Origin: Azolla caroliniana
Lineage: Eukaryota > Plantae > Polypodiophyta
DNA: 64,000 nucleotides
Direction: 5' to 3'
Assembly: GCA_043228905.1 (NCBI GenBank)
Contig: JBHGNT010000012.1
Span: forward strand, 16,554,001-16,618,000
This document shows, one piece after another, positions 50,061-62,211 of the stretch (its first letter is position 1; each line of letters starts with the position of its first letter). Both the position numbers and the translations under genes were made by a program. The notes beneath the pieces are model-generated. The model had not been told where the DNA came from and did not search any database. It saw only the letters and a program-made list of their open reading frames with translations.

Positions 50061-51189
50061 TGAACATTTTTCCTTAAATAAGTTCAAGGGTGAGAGTATG
50101 ACCTTCACCTATGCTTTCCATACATCTTCAACCAAACCCTATCCTTGCATGAATTTCTCTCACATATCCACAATATGCACTCTCATTTGCGATATTCAGC
50201 AGTAAAATTCTTGAACAGTGAGAATCTCTACTCGCTTTTACATGTATTCCATGAAAATGTTATATTTTTTGTCTCATATGTCATATCAACCTTTGAAGAC
50301 AATAATAAAATCTACCTACATTCCTATCTATCTATCTAAGGGTTATGTCTAGAGTGCTCAACTTCTTTCCATCAAATGGCTTTTCTTATTGTGAGGATAT
50401 TGCGAGGGGTTGTGGTATGGATGGTGGGAGATGTTTGGACTCTCTATGGATATGGTCAGCCTTCTAACATAAACTATGTTTTTTCTTAGACATTGGGAAT
50501 GTATGAGTTAACACTTCTTTTATGAAAAATATCAAGAGCAAAAGTATGAGCATGATTTCAAATAAAAATCTTTCATAAAAATAGAATCACTCTCTTCTTT
50601 TTTAAAATTTAGAGCTACTCACACATAAGACTCTATTCTTTGCATAAGCTCTGTGAACTTTCTCCAATATCATAACTGTAAACGTAGAACACTTCAAACA
50701 TTTATGCTCTCTACTCAAAACTTATGCATAACCCAAATGCTTGAGCCAACAATTTTGAAACCAAGTGAGATGGAGCACTCACAGAATGATAAGTTTTAAA
50801 TATACAAAATTGGGTCCAAATTAATCTCTGCCCTAATCAATGATCACAATTAATTGGTTTGACATCAAACCTCATGCCATCATAATCATATCATTAACTA
50901 CCTAAGTCATAATCATATCATTAACAACCTAAGTCATCACACTTAACTTTTTTGCCTTTTCTGTCGTTTTATCTGATATCCAAAAAATGGATTGTGGTTG
51001 TTTCGTCTCGTAGGCCACTTTTTGCACTTCCATTCCACTTCTCATCAAAATAATATTCCATCAATATTCCGAAAACAATTCCAATGGGTTTTTTTAGTGC
51101 ATCTAATTTAATGTCTATAAACCAAGTTTCAATGATTTGGTTTATATTCCAAGAATATGTAAGGTATAATTTCCCTCTATTAATGATAG

Positions 51190-54100
51190 CTACAGCATAT
51201 TTCTGGTTGAAGAGAGTCCAAGAGCTTCTGAGGCAACTCTTTGGACAGAGTTTCCACTAGCTTTCACATACATTGCCAGTAATTGTTTCCTTTCATCGAA
51301 CGCCAAGTGTCGAGCTAGCCCCTGCCCCACCATTTCCATCTCAGGCTACAAAACATATTTAAAAAAGAAATAGGAAAAGAAGAGTTTAAAAATCAAATCT
51401 TTTAAAAACTATAGTTTAAAAGGTTTAAAATGCAATAGGCAATAGTCCATAAAAATGATGATCATACATTAATTTGGCTAAATAAATACCAAATAAAAAG
51501 ATCATCAAAATTTTCTTTACCGAATTTACGTCAGGTGGGAAGATAGTGTGAATGCATGCGAGTTGAGCAATCTCTTCCTCCGCCTCTGATACCTTACCTT
51601 GGACATACAATGCCTGCAAAACATGATTTTTTTTAAAGCAACACAGAAAGGAGCCATTGCCTATCCACATTAAGATCTAAATCAAAGCAACGAGTTTTTT
51701 CTTCAATCGAATATCTCCCAACTGTCGAAAAGAGTCATTAGAAAATATGGTCCTCTACCTATGATCAAGGACTTGCATGCCTAAATCTTGAAATTCATTC
51801 AATATGCTAGTGAAAGTTGATAGATGTTCATTGGTAGACTTTGACTCATCCAATTGCCTAGACATTAGTTTTCTCATCAAATGGGCTTGATTATAAGCAT
51901 CCTGTTTCCATATGTTACCTTTGGCTTTCCTAAACTCCACTAGAAGTATTGCAATCCTTAAGGTTCACCAGGATTTCATCTGCCACGGCCATTACAAATA
52001 TTCAAATGGTCTTGAGAGATGAAATCCTAAAAGTTCTCTTCATCAGCATTAAAATCTTACGTCACAAAACATAAGCTCTTTTCTATAAACATCAAAATCA
52101 TAGTCAAATAAAGAGACACCTTTCACATCAACATAGAAACCCAAAGTACTTAAAAACATGTTAAAGACTTATAATTGCCCAAGCATATTTTTAAAAGTAT
52201 ATCAATTACTTATTCTACATGTAAAATTCAAATGGACCATAGCAAATAGAACTAAGAAAATTAATGTCAAGGAACACATTCAGGAGAGATTTTCTTAAGC
52301 TTCCACAACCTTATAGATATCACATTAACTTTCTTCAAAGTAGGGGGAAGGGGTTCCCAGGCTGGTCTTGCATGGTATTTGTTTATTTCTTATTATCATG
52401 TCCCATGGTATTTCTATGTTTATGTGTTGTGTACATATGTATGTACATACATATCTTTTGTTATGGTTGTAAGACATAGAAGTGTATGCATGATATTTGT
52501 TTATTTCTTATTATCATGTCCCATGGTATTTCTATGTTTATGTGTTGTGTACATATGTATACATACATATCTTTTGTTATGGTTGTAAGACATAGAAGTG
52601 TATGCATGATATTTGTTTATTTCTTATTATCATGTCCCATTGTATTTCCATGTTTATGTGTCGTGTACATATGTATGTACATACATATCTTTTGTTATGT
52701 TCATAAGACATAGAAGTGTATGTGTACATGTGTATGTGTTTTGTGTGTGTGTAAAGACTCAAGTTTGTGTTTATATTAACATATGTGCATGTGAACACAA
52801 AGACCAAGGAGAAGGTCCAAAAAAAAATCTCATGGACAAGACAACACCACAAGTCCAAACACATCAAAGACCATCACTATTTCTCAGGACTATCTTGGTC
52901 TGTCACATCTCTTATTTCCCAAATTCTTAACATAGATGATCCTTATTTCACTCTCTGATTAAAGCTTCAAGGATTATTCCTCTTATTATTTCTTTATCTT
53001 ATAGCTTATAGCAATGGTTCTACTTTATTGTAAAAAGTTTCTTCGCTTGCGTCTACGATCTCATCCTCTTATTGTAAACTAGAAAAATAGCTGGGGAATT
53101 CTCGCTACTCTGTCTATATGTCTCGAGTCATTTCAATTCTTGAGGAAATATTATTGTGGTTCTGCTTCATCTTGTGCAGCTAGGTATGTAGAAACTCATC
53201 CATTTGTCTCACCACAGGGTTTTGCTTCATATTTCGACCAACGCTATTTTTCATGCTTTGTATTTCTAAAAGTGGTTTTCTCCTGGTTCTCAGTTTGGCT
53301 TCAGGGCTTACAGAAACTGCACCAAAACAGAGTACAGGAGGGGCATACACCACACTTTCATCCCAACAAATTCCCCATGGCAAGATCAATCTTTGGGGTG
53401 TTTGGATGTCAAGTCAAGGAGAAGGAACTCCCTATAAATATTTGAATCTAACACGAAACTTCACGCCTTCACACATAAACGAGTCTATTGAATGCCAAAC
53501 CATAACCAAGAGTTCATCCATAGTTGTTGCGCTCCAATGTTGTGTTTTGGTAAAGAATAAAGTGTGGCCTCTTGTAGGGAATCAAGATCCACGATATAAA
53601 CTATGTAGTTACGCAGGTTAGTTAATGTCAGATGTTCTATAACATAATTGTAAAGTGATCACACTAGCTAATCACAGAAAACAAAAGAGATTTTCAAGAG
53701 GAATACCCAAGCTTGCAAGAAAGTGGATCTTGTCCGAGCAGCAACTGCTGCATTAACCATAACTGCAGCTCGTTCAGCCTCTAAACTTATGTTTTCTGCT
53801 AAGCCAGCAAGAAACTCAGCTGGCTTCTCATCCATTATTTCTACTTGTGAATTTCTGGACCTGTTCACAAGTTTGCACCATTAATTTTCAAATGTCTAAT
53901 AAGGCAAAACACCAAAAATACCCATGGTTTTTAGGATATGTCCCAAAGTGAATTTTGAAAAGAACACACGGCAAGCTTTTAAATTTTACAAGAATAACCT
54001 TCTGTGCTAGTACAGTTTGCTCTGCAGAAGTGAATTTCTGTAATATTTTCAATAAATTTGGATATTCTCATAAATTTACAAAAGATTAGTGGCAGTTTGG

Positions 54101-55647
54101 TGTTTTCCCTAACTAATGTTCATGAACACATGTAAATCTTAACAGTTTACAGAGCTGTTTCGATATCCTACCTACCACAAGAAGATAGCACCATGTTAAT
54201 GGTCGCTCGATAGAATGAATCACGCAAATACATAGTGTCAAAGGACACTCTGACTCCTGAATTTCGGCATATTCTCCGCAACTGCAAAATATCAAATATT
54301 CAGTTTAACATATGCAGTCTATTTATTTACCCCCATTTGCATTATCATTGTGCTACAAAGATGCAAAAAAGTGATACGATACCTCAAAGATGTCAGCCTT
54401 TTCGAAATCCTTCCCACTCAATCTCTTCTCGATAATCACTGAATCATCCGAGATAAGACTTGAGAACTACTTGCAATGACAGAGATCTGAAGGCAGCAAA
54501 GTAAGAACAACCCCACTTCTCATATCTAAAACCAATGAACAAGTATAATCCCTCCTTTCTTTCTTTTTGGGTATCAGGAACACAATTATGGGCAAGATAA
54601 AAAAATGACTAAAGACTAACCTTTCATAAGAGAAACCTCATCTCCATTGCGTGAGCCATTAGAAGGCAGGCTTGATGTCTGAGAGCGAATAGAGGGAGGC
54701 CACCAACCAGGCAATGATTTTTCAGATGGTTTCATTGATTTACTTCTTGGCTTGACCATTACTTTTTCGGATCGAGAGACATCTAAGGCATCCAATGGAT
54801 TGATTCTCCTGCGGTTGTTTCCTGCTTCAGGGTCTAGTAATCCTATCTCAGTTTTTGGTTTCCAAACCTTTGATTTTGGTGACCCAATATCAAAATTCTG
54901 TTTCGTTTTCGGTTTCCTATTGAAAAACCAATTCCCTACAAATACTTCTCGACCACCCAAACTCCGATCTCTTTTGAATATCTCACGTGAACCGAACCCA
55001 TCTTCTCCTTCCCAACCCCATTGATATTTCTTCGACAATTTCGCCCAAAGCTTCCAAACAACTATGAAAAGGGCGGACCATAGAATTACATTTCGTGCAA
55101 AATCGAGGCTTGATTTCCGAATTGAAATCACAATGCGGCGATCTCGGTTCATTGAAACACTCGATCGAACATCTCCGACGAAATTCTTACTTTCATTAAC
55201 AAAGTTATGGCCGAGATCAATAACCTTGTGGCCAAGATTAATAACCCTAACTGTAGAGCTATGGAGAGCTTCCATGGAACCTTGTCTGAGAGCTTCCGCC
55301 CTATTTCTTATGGCTTTTAGGTCAAGCGTTATGACAAGATTTTCTGTATCTGAAGGTGGGCGATTAATTCTCAGGACGTTTTCATAAAACCCATCATCAT
55401 CATCAACTTCTTCCTCCTCTTCTAGATTGGAAGGAAAGAAGCTTCTTTGGGTAGTAGTGGAGTCCATACCTCGGTGTCTTCTTCTTCTATGATGTCTGCG
55501 AGAAGAGAAACAGAGAGTGTGTTGACCTCTGGAGGGTCTGCCATGGATGATTAAGAAGGAAGGGCAAGAAATATCGCAGGGTTGCTGGGCTACTTGCAGA
55601 AATTCCATAGAAGAGAAGGATGAGAGATGGTGATGATGATGAATCAT
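51190..55647 (-). CDS. Conserved uncharacterised plant protein, probably plastid-targeted with one TM helix; six exons (55647-54621, 54438-54383, 54281-54172, 53860-53707, 51613-51521, 51345-51190)
   Basis: GT..AG junctions keep the frame. Motifs RDRSLGGREV, LPGWWP, LRRICR.SG, AAVAARTRS.FLQAWAL, IH.IFPP..SPEMEMV recall a conserved land-plant family (from memory At2g43235-like, unverified). Confidence 0.8.
51720..52100 (-). mobile_element. Intronic Copia gag remnant
   Basis: AHLMRKLMSRQLDESKSTNEHLSTFTSILNEFQDLG (UBN2-like). Confidence 0.6.
52368..52730. repeat. About three copies of a ~117-bp tandem repeat in an intron
   Basis: Repeated TGCATG(G/A)TATTTGTTTATTTCTTATTATCATGTCCCAT..AAGACATAGAAGTGTA. 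Confidence 0.9.
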
Positions 55648-55763
55648 GATGAATGGATCTCTTCTCTTTCTCTTTCTCTTTCTCTAATTTTGTGTTCATT
55701 CAACAAACAAAATTATGAAAGAGAAATTTAAATGCAAATTACAATGCAGCTAAGGAGCCTAAT

Positions 55764-56010
55764 TGGGTACCCCTTACTAGTTTTGGCAGTCCCGCTTTCC
55801 GGATCGAGGGGGTTCCACTAATGCAATGGAGCTTGAGGAGCCTCTCTCGGTACCACTTGTCTAGTTTTGAGCGGTCCCCTGCTTACCGGATCGAGAGAGG
55901 TTCCGCTAATGCAATGGAGTTGAGGTTCCTCTCTTGGTACCGCTTACCAGTTTTGGTTGTCCCCCTTATCGAATCGAGAGGTTCCGCTTACCGGTTCTAG
56001 AGGTTCCGCT
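55764..56010. repeat. About three copies of a ~85-bp tandem repeat upstream of the six-exon gene
   Basis: Repeated GGTACC.CTT.C.AGTTTTG..GATCGAG.GGTTCC.CTAATGCAATGGAG. Confidence 0.8.
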
Positions 56011-56149
56011 TATCATACTCCGGTGTTGCCAGCAAAGGAGAGAAGCCCAGGGACATAGAAATCTAACAACTCAACGAAGGATAAGAAGAAGAAGAAGAAG
56101 AAGCATTGGACAACCTTCTTAAAGTGTTTAAATACATATTCATTCACAT

Positions 56150-58630
56150 GGGGATACGAAGATATGCAGGAAGCACCTATTGTTGTGATTCACACCATCA
56201 CTATGCTAGCACACACGTGGCCCACTAGGCAAAGACCTCGCCCCTCCAATTTGCATTAGACTGAGCAAGTCAAGGATGAAATCGAGAAGATGCTCACAAT
56301 TGGCGTGATATAGCCCACTTGAATGCACACATGTGTATCCCCCATTGTGGCCGCCCCAAAAGAGAACATAAGATTTGGATAAGTGTAGAATTCCCAGGAG
56401 TCGATGAGGCTACTATCTATGACAAGTACCCAATCCCATATATCAAATATTTGCTAGGTAGAATGAGTTGGAGGCTAAGAAGCCTATAGTCTCATAGATG
56501 GTTCCTCAATCTATAACCACGTACCCATAATATCTAAGTATCATAACAAGATGACCTTCAACACCACAGTTAGAAGAACGTGCTATTTAGGCTCACAAAC
56601 ATGTTGAACACATATAAAAGAGGCGCAAACTACATCTTTGCCTCAAAGCCATGTAAAGGGGTGCTTCAAATCAATTTTGGAGGAACACCTTACATTGTTG
56701 AGAAAAATATTTGAACGAAGCCAAGAGTATCAACTCTCCCTAAACCCACCCAAGAACCAAAATTTGGGTGAGACATGACCTAATCTTAGGACACTTTGTG
56801 TCAAAGGAGGGTTTTTCTACCAATGAATCTAAGGTTAAACTCATATTCAATATGCACCCACTAATCAACAAAAAACAACACCAAGGGCTTATGGGTTACG
56901 TAGGGTACTATAGGAGATTAATTAAAATGTTTACCAAGAAGACAAGATTTGTCTACAGTACTTAAAGAGTTCAATGGAAAAATGAATGCACAAAATCATT
57001 CGAACTAGAAGGATGTCTTAGCCCATATTTCCATTTTGATGCCAACCGATAAACAAAGAAGTCCATGTCCATACAAATTCCTCTACCTTTGTAGTTGGAG
57101 CAGTCTTTGCACAACCTCAAGACAATAAGCCTAACTTCCTCAACATATACACCACATGCCAACTCAAGGAAATAGAAGGGAATAATACCAAGAAGGAGAG
57201 TGATGCATAGTTGAGGACATATAGAGTCAAGAAGTTTGGACAATATCTTCTTTCTTTCCACTTCTATTTATACCCAAACAACCAAGCCCTATGGTACCTT
57301 GTAAATAAAACATGCTCCATATGTCAAATCTTGCAATGGACTGTAATACTCCTAGAGTTTTATTTGAAGGTAATAATATGGTAAGGGAGTGAATATGTCC
57401 TCATTAACAATTTCTCAAGGCTCACAATTGGGGAGTAGCCACAAGTATTGATAATGAAGCGCGTAATGGACGCTTTTTTGTCATGGGGTTGTCTTTTTTT
57501 GCAACAAACCTCTAAAGAAGTTGATAAATTATTGTTGAAATGGTATGAACCATTCAAGATGGTTAAGGGTAATGCTTTACAAGCATTGTAATGATGATGT
57601 AGTCACACATGCATACTCGACCATGACATGATCATACGGATAGAACAAACACATTGTAGAGGCAAACATTTTAGATCTAAAGCCCTTGCTTTAAAGATTC
57701 TTCATGTAGGATTGTGGTGGTTGACACTCTTTAAGGACACATAAATGATGTGATGAGTGTTAACGTCACAAACATACCCCTAAGGGAAACTTCAATGCCC
57801 TCCTCCATTTGAAAAATGGGGTATCAACTTTTTTGGGCCCAATAAATCTGGCTTCTAAGTAGAAAAGATATATATTAACTATAATGGATTATTTAGAAAG
57901 TGGCATGAAGTGAGGGCTTGTAGTAAAATTGGCGCCAAGTCCGTGGACAGATTTTATATATTTGAACATGATCATATGATTTGGGTGTGCCCTAGAGTTA
58001 GTATATGGTTGAGATTCCTATTTTCTTAACAAAGTCATGGCTCCTCTTTTAGGTGAGTTCATGGGCATCCACGTAAATAGTTCCCCTTACTACCCTAGAT
58101 GCAATGGAAAAGTGGAAAGCTCTAACAAGTTTCTTTGCAACATCCTTACCAAAACAATTATGATGTAAAATCATATTGGACCCCACAAGCTACATGTAGT
58201 GGTATGGGCTTTTCAAACTACCTACATGTCACCATGTGGCATTTTAGCTCATCTACAAGCTAGAAATTGTAGTTCCAATAGAGGCATTCATTCCTAGCCT
58301 ATAGATAGCCATCCAAGAGGTGGGATGGTAAACCCCTACCCTCCCATCTTCAAAACTTAGAAAAGCTCATGAAAACCGGTTTGTTAGCATTACACTCTTG
58401 TTTATAGAAAAATTGATTGACAAAGTTTGGCATAGAAAGAAAGTTAAAGACAAAGAACTAAAGGAAGAGAGTATGGACCTCATATTATCCTCCAAGTGGC
58501 ATCCAAAAAATAAAAAACTTAGAGGAAAGTGTTCCTACATAATAACAAACACCACCAAAACAAGTGCTTGGAAACTTAGAACCTCAATGAACAAGAAATC
58601 TTTGACTTCATCAATGGAAGTAAGTTGAAG
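56150..58630 (+). mobile_element. Highly degenerate Gypsy pol (RT, RH, INT)
   Basis: Remnants such as LGHFVSKEG, GLMGYVGYYRRLIK and SPYYPRCNGKVES.NK.L, with many stops. Confidence 0.7.
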
Positions 58631-59780
58631 AATTACCATAGTCCATTAAGATGAGAAACCTTTCTCTACCTTCAGCAAGCCAAAACTCAAAGAAATTAGA
58701 GAAAACTAATGTGCATGTGACACAATAAGAAGAGGATTTTCTCCATGCCACAACTGAGCTTAGGTGCTAGGGGCGAATCAATCCCATAAACATCATGATA
58801 AGTTTGTTTAATCAATCTCAATTTTTTATTTACCCTACCATGTGCATAAAGCCCCACTAGTGGGTTTAATAAGGGCACCATTGAAACATGTTTGTTCTAA
58901 AACACTGGTAGCACCAAAACCCGCTCACCTTAACGTATGTGTCGATACATATACATGGTTTAACAAAACAACAATGATGTCATGTGGCGCATGCAAAGGG
59001 AGAAAAGTACTTCAAAAGAAATGGTAATTGGATGAAGATTAGGAGAGCTAACTACTTGAAAAAGTATGGTAAAAGTTTGAACCCAAGTACAGATAAGTTT
59101 GAACATAAGGTTTGAACCCAAGTCTGTTCTTGAGACTCAACCCTAATACCGCCATCTGCATTTTGTAACCAAGCACCTTTACTTTCTAATCGGTTGCGTG
59201 TAAGAGCTTGGTTGATCACATCCCTTGCGGCATCATTGCTCGTAGTTTCCATGACTAGTTCCGAAGTAGTTCCATTGCATCCTAATGTTGGTAAATGAGA
59301 AGTACCTAAAAATATTGGTCAATCAAAAATACTAAACATAGGTGAATGATTTAATAGTACTAATGCACATGGAAGAGTAGTCGAATAGTGCTAAGTTGTT
59401 AATTAAATATATGTTCATAGTGGAGTACACAATTAGTATTGATGCTCAAGGGACGATATTCTAATAGTACTAAGTTGTTATTTAAAAACTAATCCACATT
59501 ACACTATCATATTAGATTTGAACACTACAACTCTATCTACAAGTCAATGGCTTTAACCACTAAGCCATAAACTCTTTCCTATTTTTTGTTCAAAATAGTA
59601 TATCTCCTTCTCTCTTCTATCTTTTCATCTCTCATCTCCCTCACTTTTCCACAAATGTGCTCTCATATTCCCCTACTTCAATGCTTCCTCCATTTCAAAC
59701 ATGCTTTACCATTCTCTTACTTTTTGCACCTCAATGTACACATCCTCTTTCTTACTTTCATCATGTGCATGTGCTTCCTT

Positions 59781-61498
59781 TGAAGGTTATGGTGTTCAAA
59801 TATGTGCGGAAATATTTATGAGGACTTGTCGATTTATGCTCAACAAATGACACAGAAAGAATGGGGGCAAGAAGAGGAACAAAAGATGGACACACACTTA
59901 AGCTGTAATGGAAGCTTTGTTATTCCTGCAAGTCTCTCTCTCTACAAGACTCATGATTCAAGCAACCCTTATTACAATGTTACGTTAGGGCTTAGATACT
60001 CAAGCCCTAACTATTGGACATGTTCACACTAGTAAGGATACAAAGTGGAAGGAGTTGACCTTTTATGCCAACAAATTTCCCCGTAAAAGGACTACTCTTT
60101 CTACTTACAATTGTATGGGGTTATCTCCCCCGTAAACCTAGATTACAATTTTTAGTCAAAAGTTATGGTTACAAGACAATTGGCATATAGCCAAGTCAGC
60201 GAAGGTAAAGTTGGTATCTAGGATGATTCGGCTGGTCATCCAAGTCAACTTGTCTGAGTCGGTCGGATCAACTTACCTTCTTCTTCTTGTTCGACTTTCT
60301 TTTGCTCGGTCACTTGTTGTAGTCCCATCTTTGTCCTCAGTTGTTATGTACACATAACGTTGGTGAGGGTAGGTCACCAATATTTACATTAGTGAAGGGT
60401 ATGTTCACTAATGTTAAAAAGGGGACTAATGATTGGATAGAAGGAATGATAAGTGCATGCACTATCATGATTTGGACAACCAATGAATGGAGAGCCTTTT
60501 AGAAAGGCACATCTATTCAAGGGGCCTAGGAAAAGGTATAAATATGAGGCTTACCTACCCTAATAATCACATTACGTCGGAAGGATGCTGTCTTAGACAC
60601 ACCAGTGGTGCGGGCTAGGCTTTCGTCTCAACGATCATGTTTATCTCTTCCAAGTTATTAGTCATCCTAATATATGCTAGTATGGGATGCCGGTGGTAGG
60701 TTGGCTATGTCTAGATCATAGCTCGGGGGTGGTCGGGTGGAACGGGTTCTTCTATTCATTCTACTTTCCTTTTTTTACTTTAGTTTGGTCTATTGATTAG
60801 TAATAGAATCTTAACATCAGTGCTCTGAAGCGTTGATCTGGGAGTGGTTTCGTCAAGCAATCGGCAATGGTCACCTTGGCATCGATCTTTCGGATTTTGA
60901 GCTTCTTCTCGATTACAAACTCCCGAATATGATGATACCGCACCTCAATATGCTTTTTCTTTGCATGATAGAAAGGATTATTGATGTGGTGTATTGCGCT
61001 TTGTGAGTCACAGTAGATGGTTGGCATTGGTTGATCGATCCGACTCGTGGTCAAGAAGTCGGTAGTCAGTAGGTGCAGCTAGATTGCTTCCTTCGCTACC
61101 TCTGATGTTGCTATGTACTCGGCTTTTGTGGTAGACAGAGTCGTGCACACTTGAAGCTTCGACCTCCATGATATAGCACTACCATCATAGGTGAAGATGT
61201 AGCCTGATGTCGACTTCTGATTGTCCGAGTTCCCAACATAGTCAGAGTCAGTGTATTCTTCGACTTCGGTCAGATTTGCCGATTTGAAAGTCAATTGTGC
61301 ATCTTAGGTCCCTCTTAGGTACCTGAAGATGTGCTTGACGGCCTCCCAATGCTTTCGTCCTGGGTTTAACATGTACCGACTGATGACCCCTACTTCATAT
61401 GCAAGGTCCGGTTGAGTCACCACCATTGCGTACATGATACTTCCTACTGCCAATGCGTAGGGTATCTTTCCATTGAGCTCTTTCTCCTCGTCAGTCGA
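59781..61498 (-). mobile_element. Copia 3' part (3' LTR 59781-60073, PPT, RNase H); same family as 31687-34613
   Basis: LTR and PPT match 31687-31958; RH ORFs at 60797-61594. Confidence 0.88.
60342..60816. mobile_element. Solo LTR
   Basis: TGTTA..TAACA ends; TSD TCAGT. Confidence 0.85.
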
Positions 61499-61888
61499 TG
61501 TTAAGCACTTGGATTGCACCACGATCGGAAATGAAGAAGAGCGCATTAACAAGGATGTAGTATGGCTAAGGGACCTACGAAGAGGGAATGGCAAGAGGAA
61601 AGAGGGCTAAGAGACATCCAAGTGTGAAAGGTCCATACCCTAAATGTAAATGCTATATAAACCACATGGTGGTGGCTTTGTAAGGGTTCTTCCATTTGTA
61701 AAGATCTCCATATTGATTAAGAGCTAGAGCTTCCTCTCCTCCTTCTTGTAACCTTTAAGCTTAAGAGATATTAGTGAAGTGTTTAGTTAGAGAACACTAC
61801 TCTCTCTTCCTTGTTGGTTCTAGAACTCTTAGCAAAGAGGGTTAATAACATATTCATTACTCCTATTGTCTATATTCATTACCTAACA
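61499..61888 (+). mobile_element. LTR-like segment without a matching TSD (probable recombinant solo LTR)
   Basis: TGTTA..TAACA ends and a TATA-like motif; flanks differ (GTCGA versus CCGGG). Confidence 0.6.
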
Positions 61889-62211
61889 CCGGGTCATTTG
61901 AAACAGGTAATATGTCGCATTATGAGAACACTACGTCGAAAAAGGGCACAAAAGCACGCAGTTTTCAAAAAGACACGACGCATGCGTAAAGCTTTTCAGA
62001 AAAGGTGGCAAAATATATTGAATTTCAACATGACTACCACTTTGAGTCATAAGTAAAATGCCTCCAAAAATACATCACCAAAATTACAAAATAATGTACA
62101 ACATGTCTACCAGTTACAATTATACATATTCGTGAGTTTACATCCAAAACAAATTTACAAAGTTTCCGATCATGTAGTAAAACAATCCCCAACTTGAACC
62201 AAACCAATATA

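Noticed and set aside
41031-61885. PPR gene and six-exon gene captured inside one DNA transposon
   Set aside because: The shared inverted repeats face away from this interval, so it lies between two elements rather than inside one.
61887-61891. CACTA/CMC assignment from a CACC-like end
   Set aside because: The CA overlaps the end of the adjacent LTR, so the true terminus is uncertain, and the transposase motifs are not Tnp2-like.
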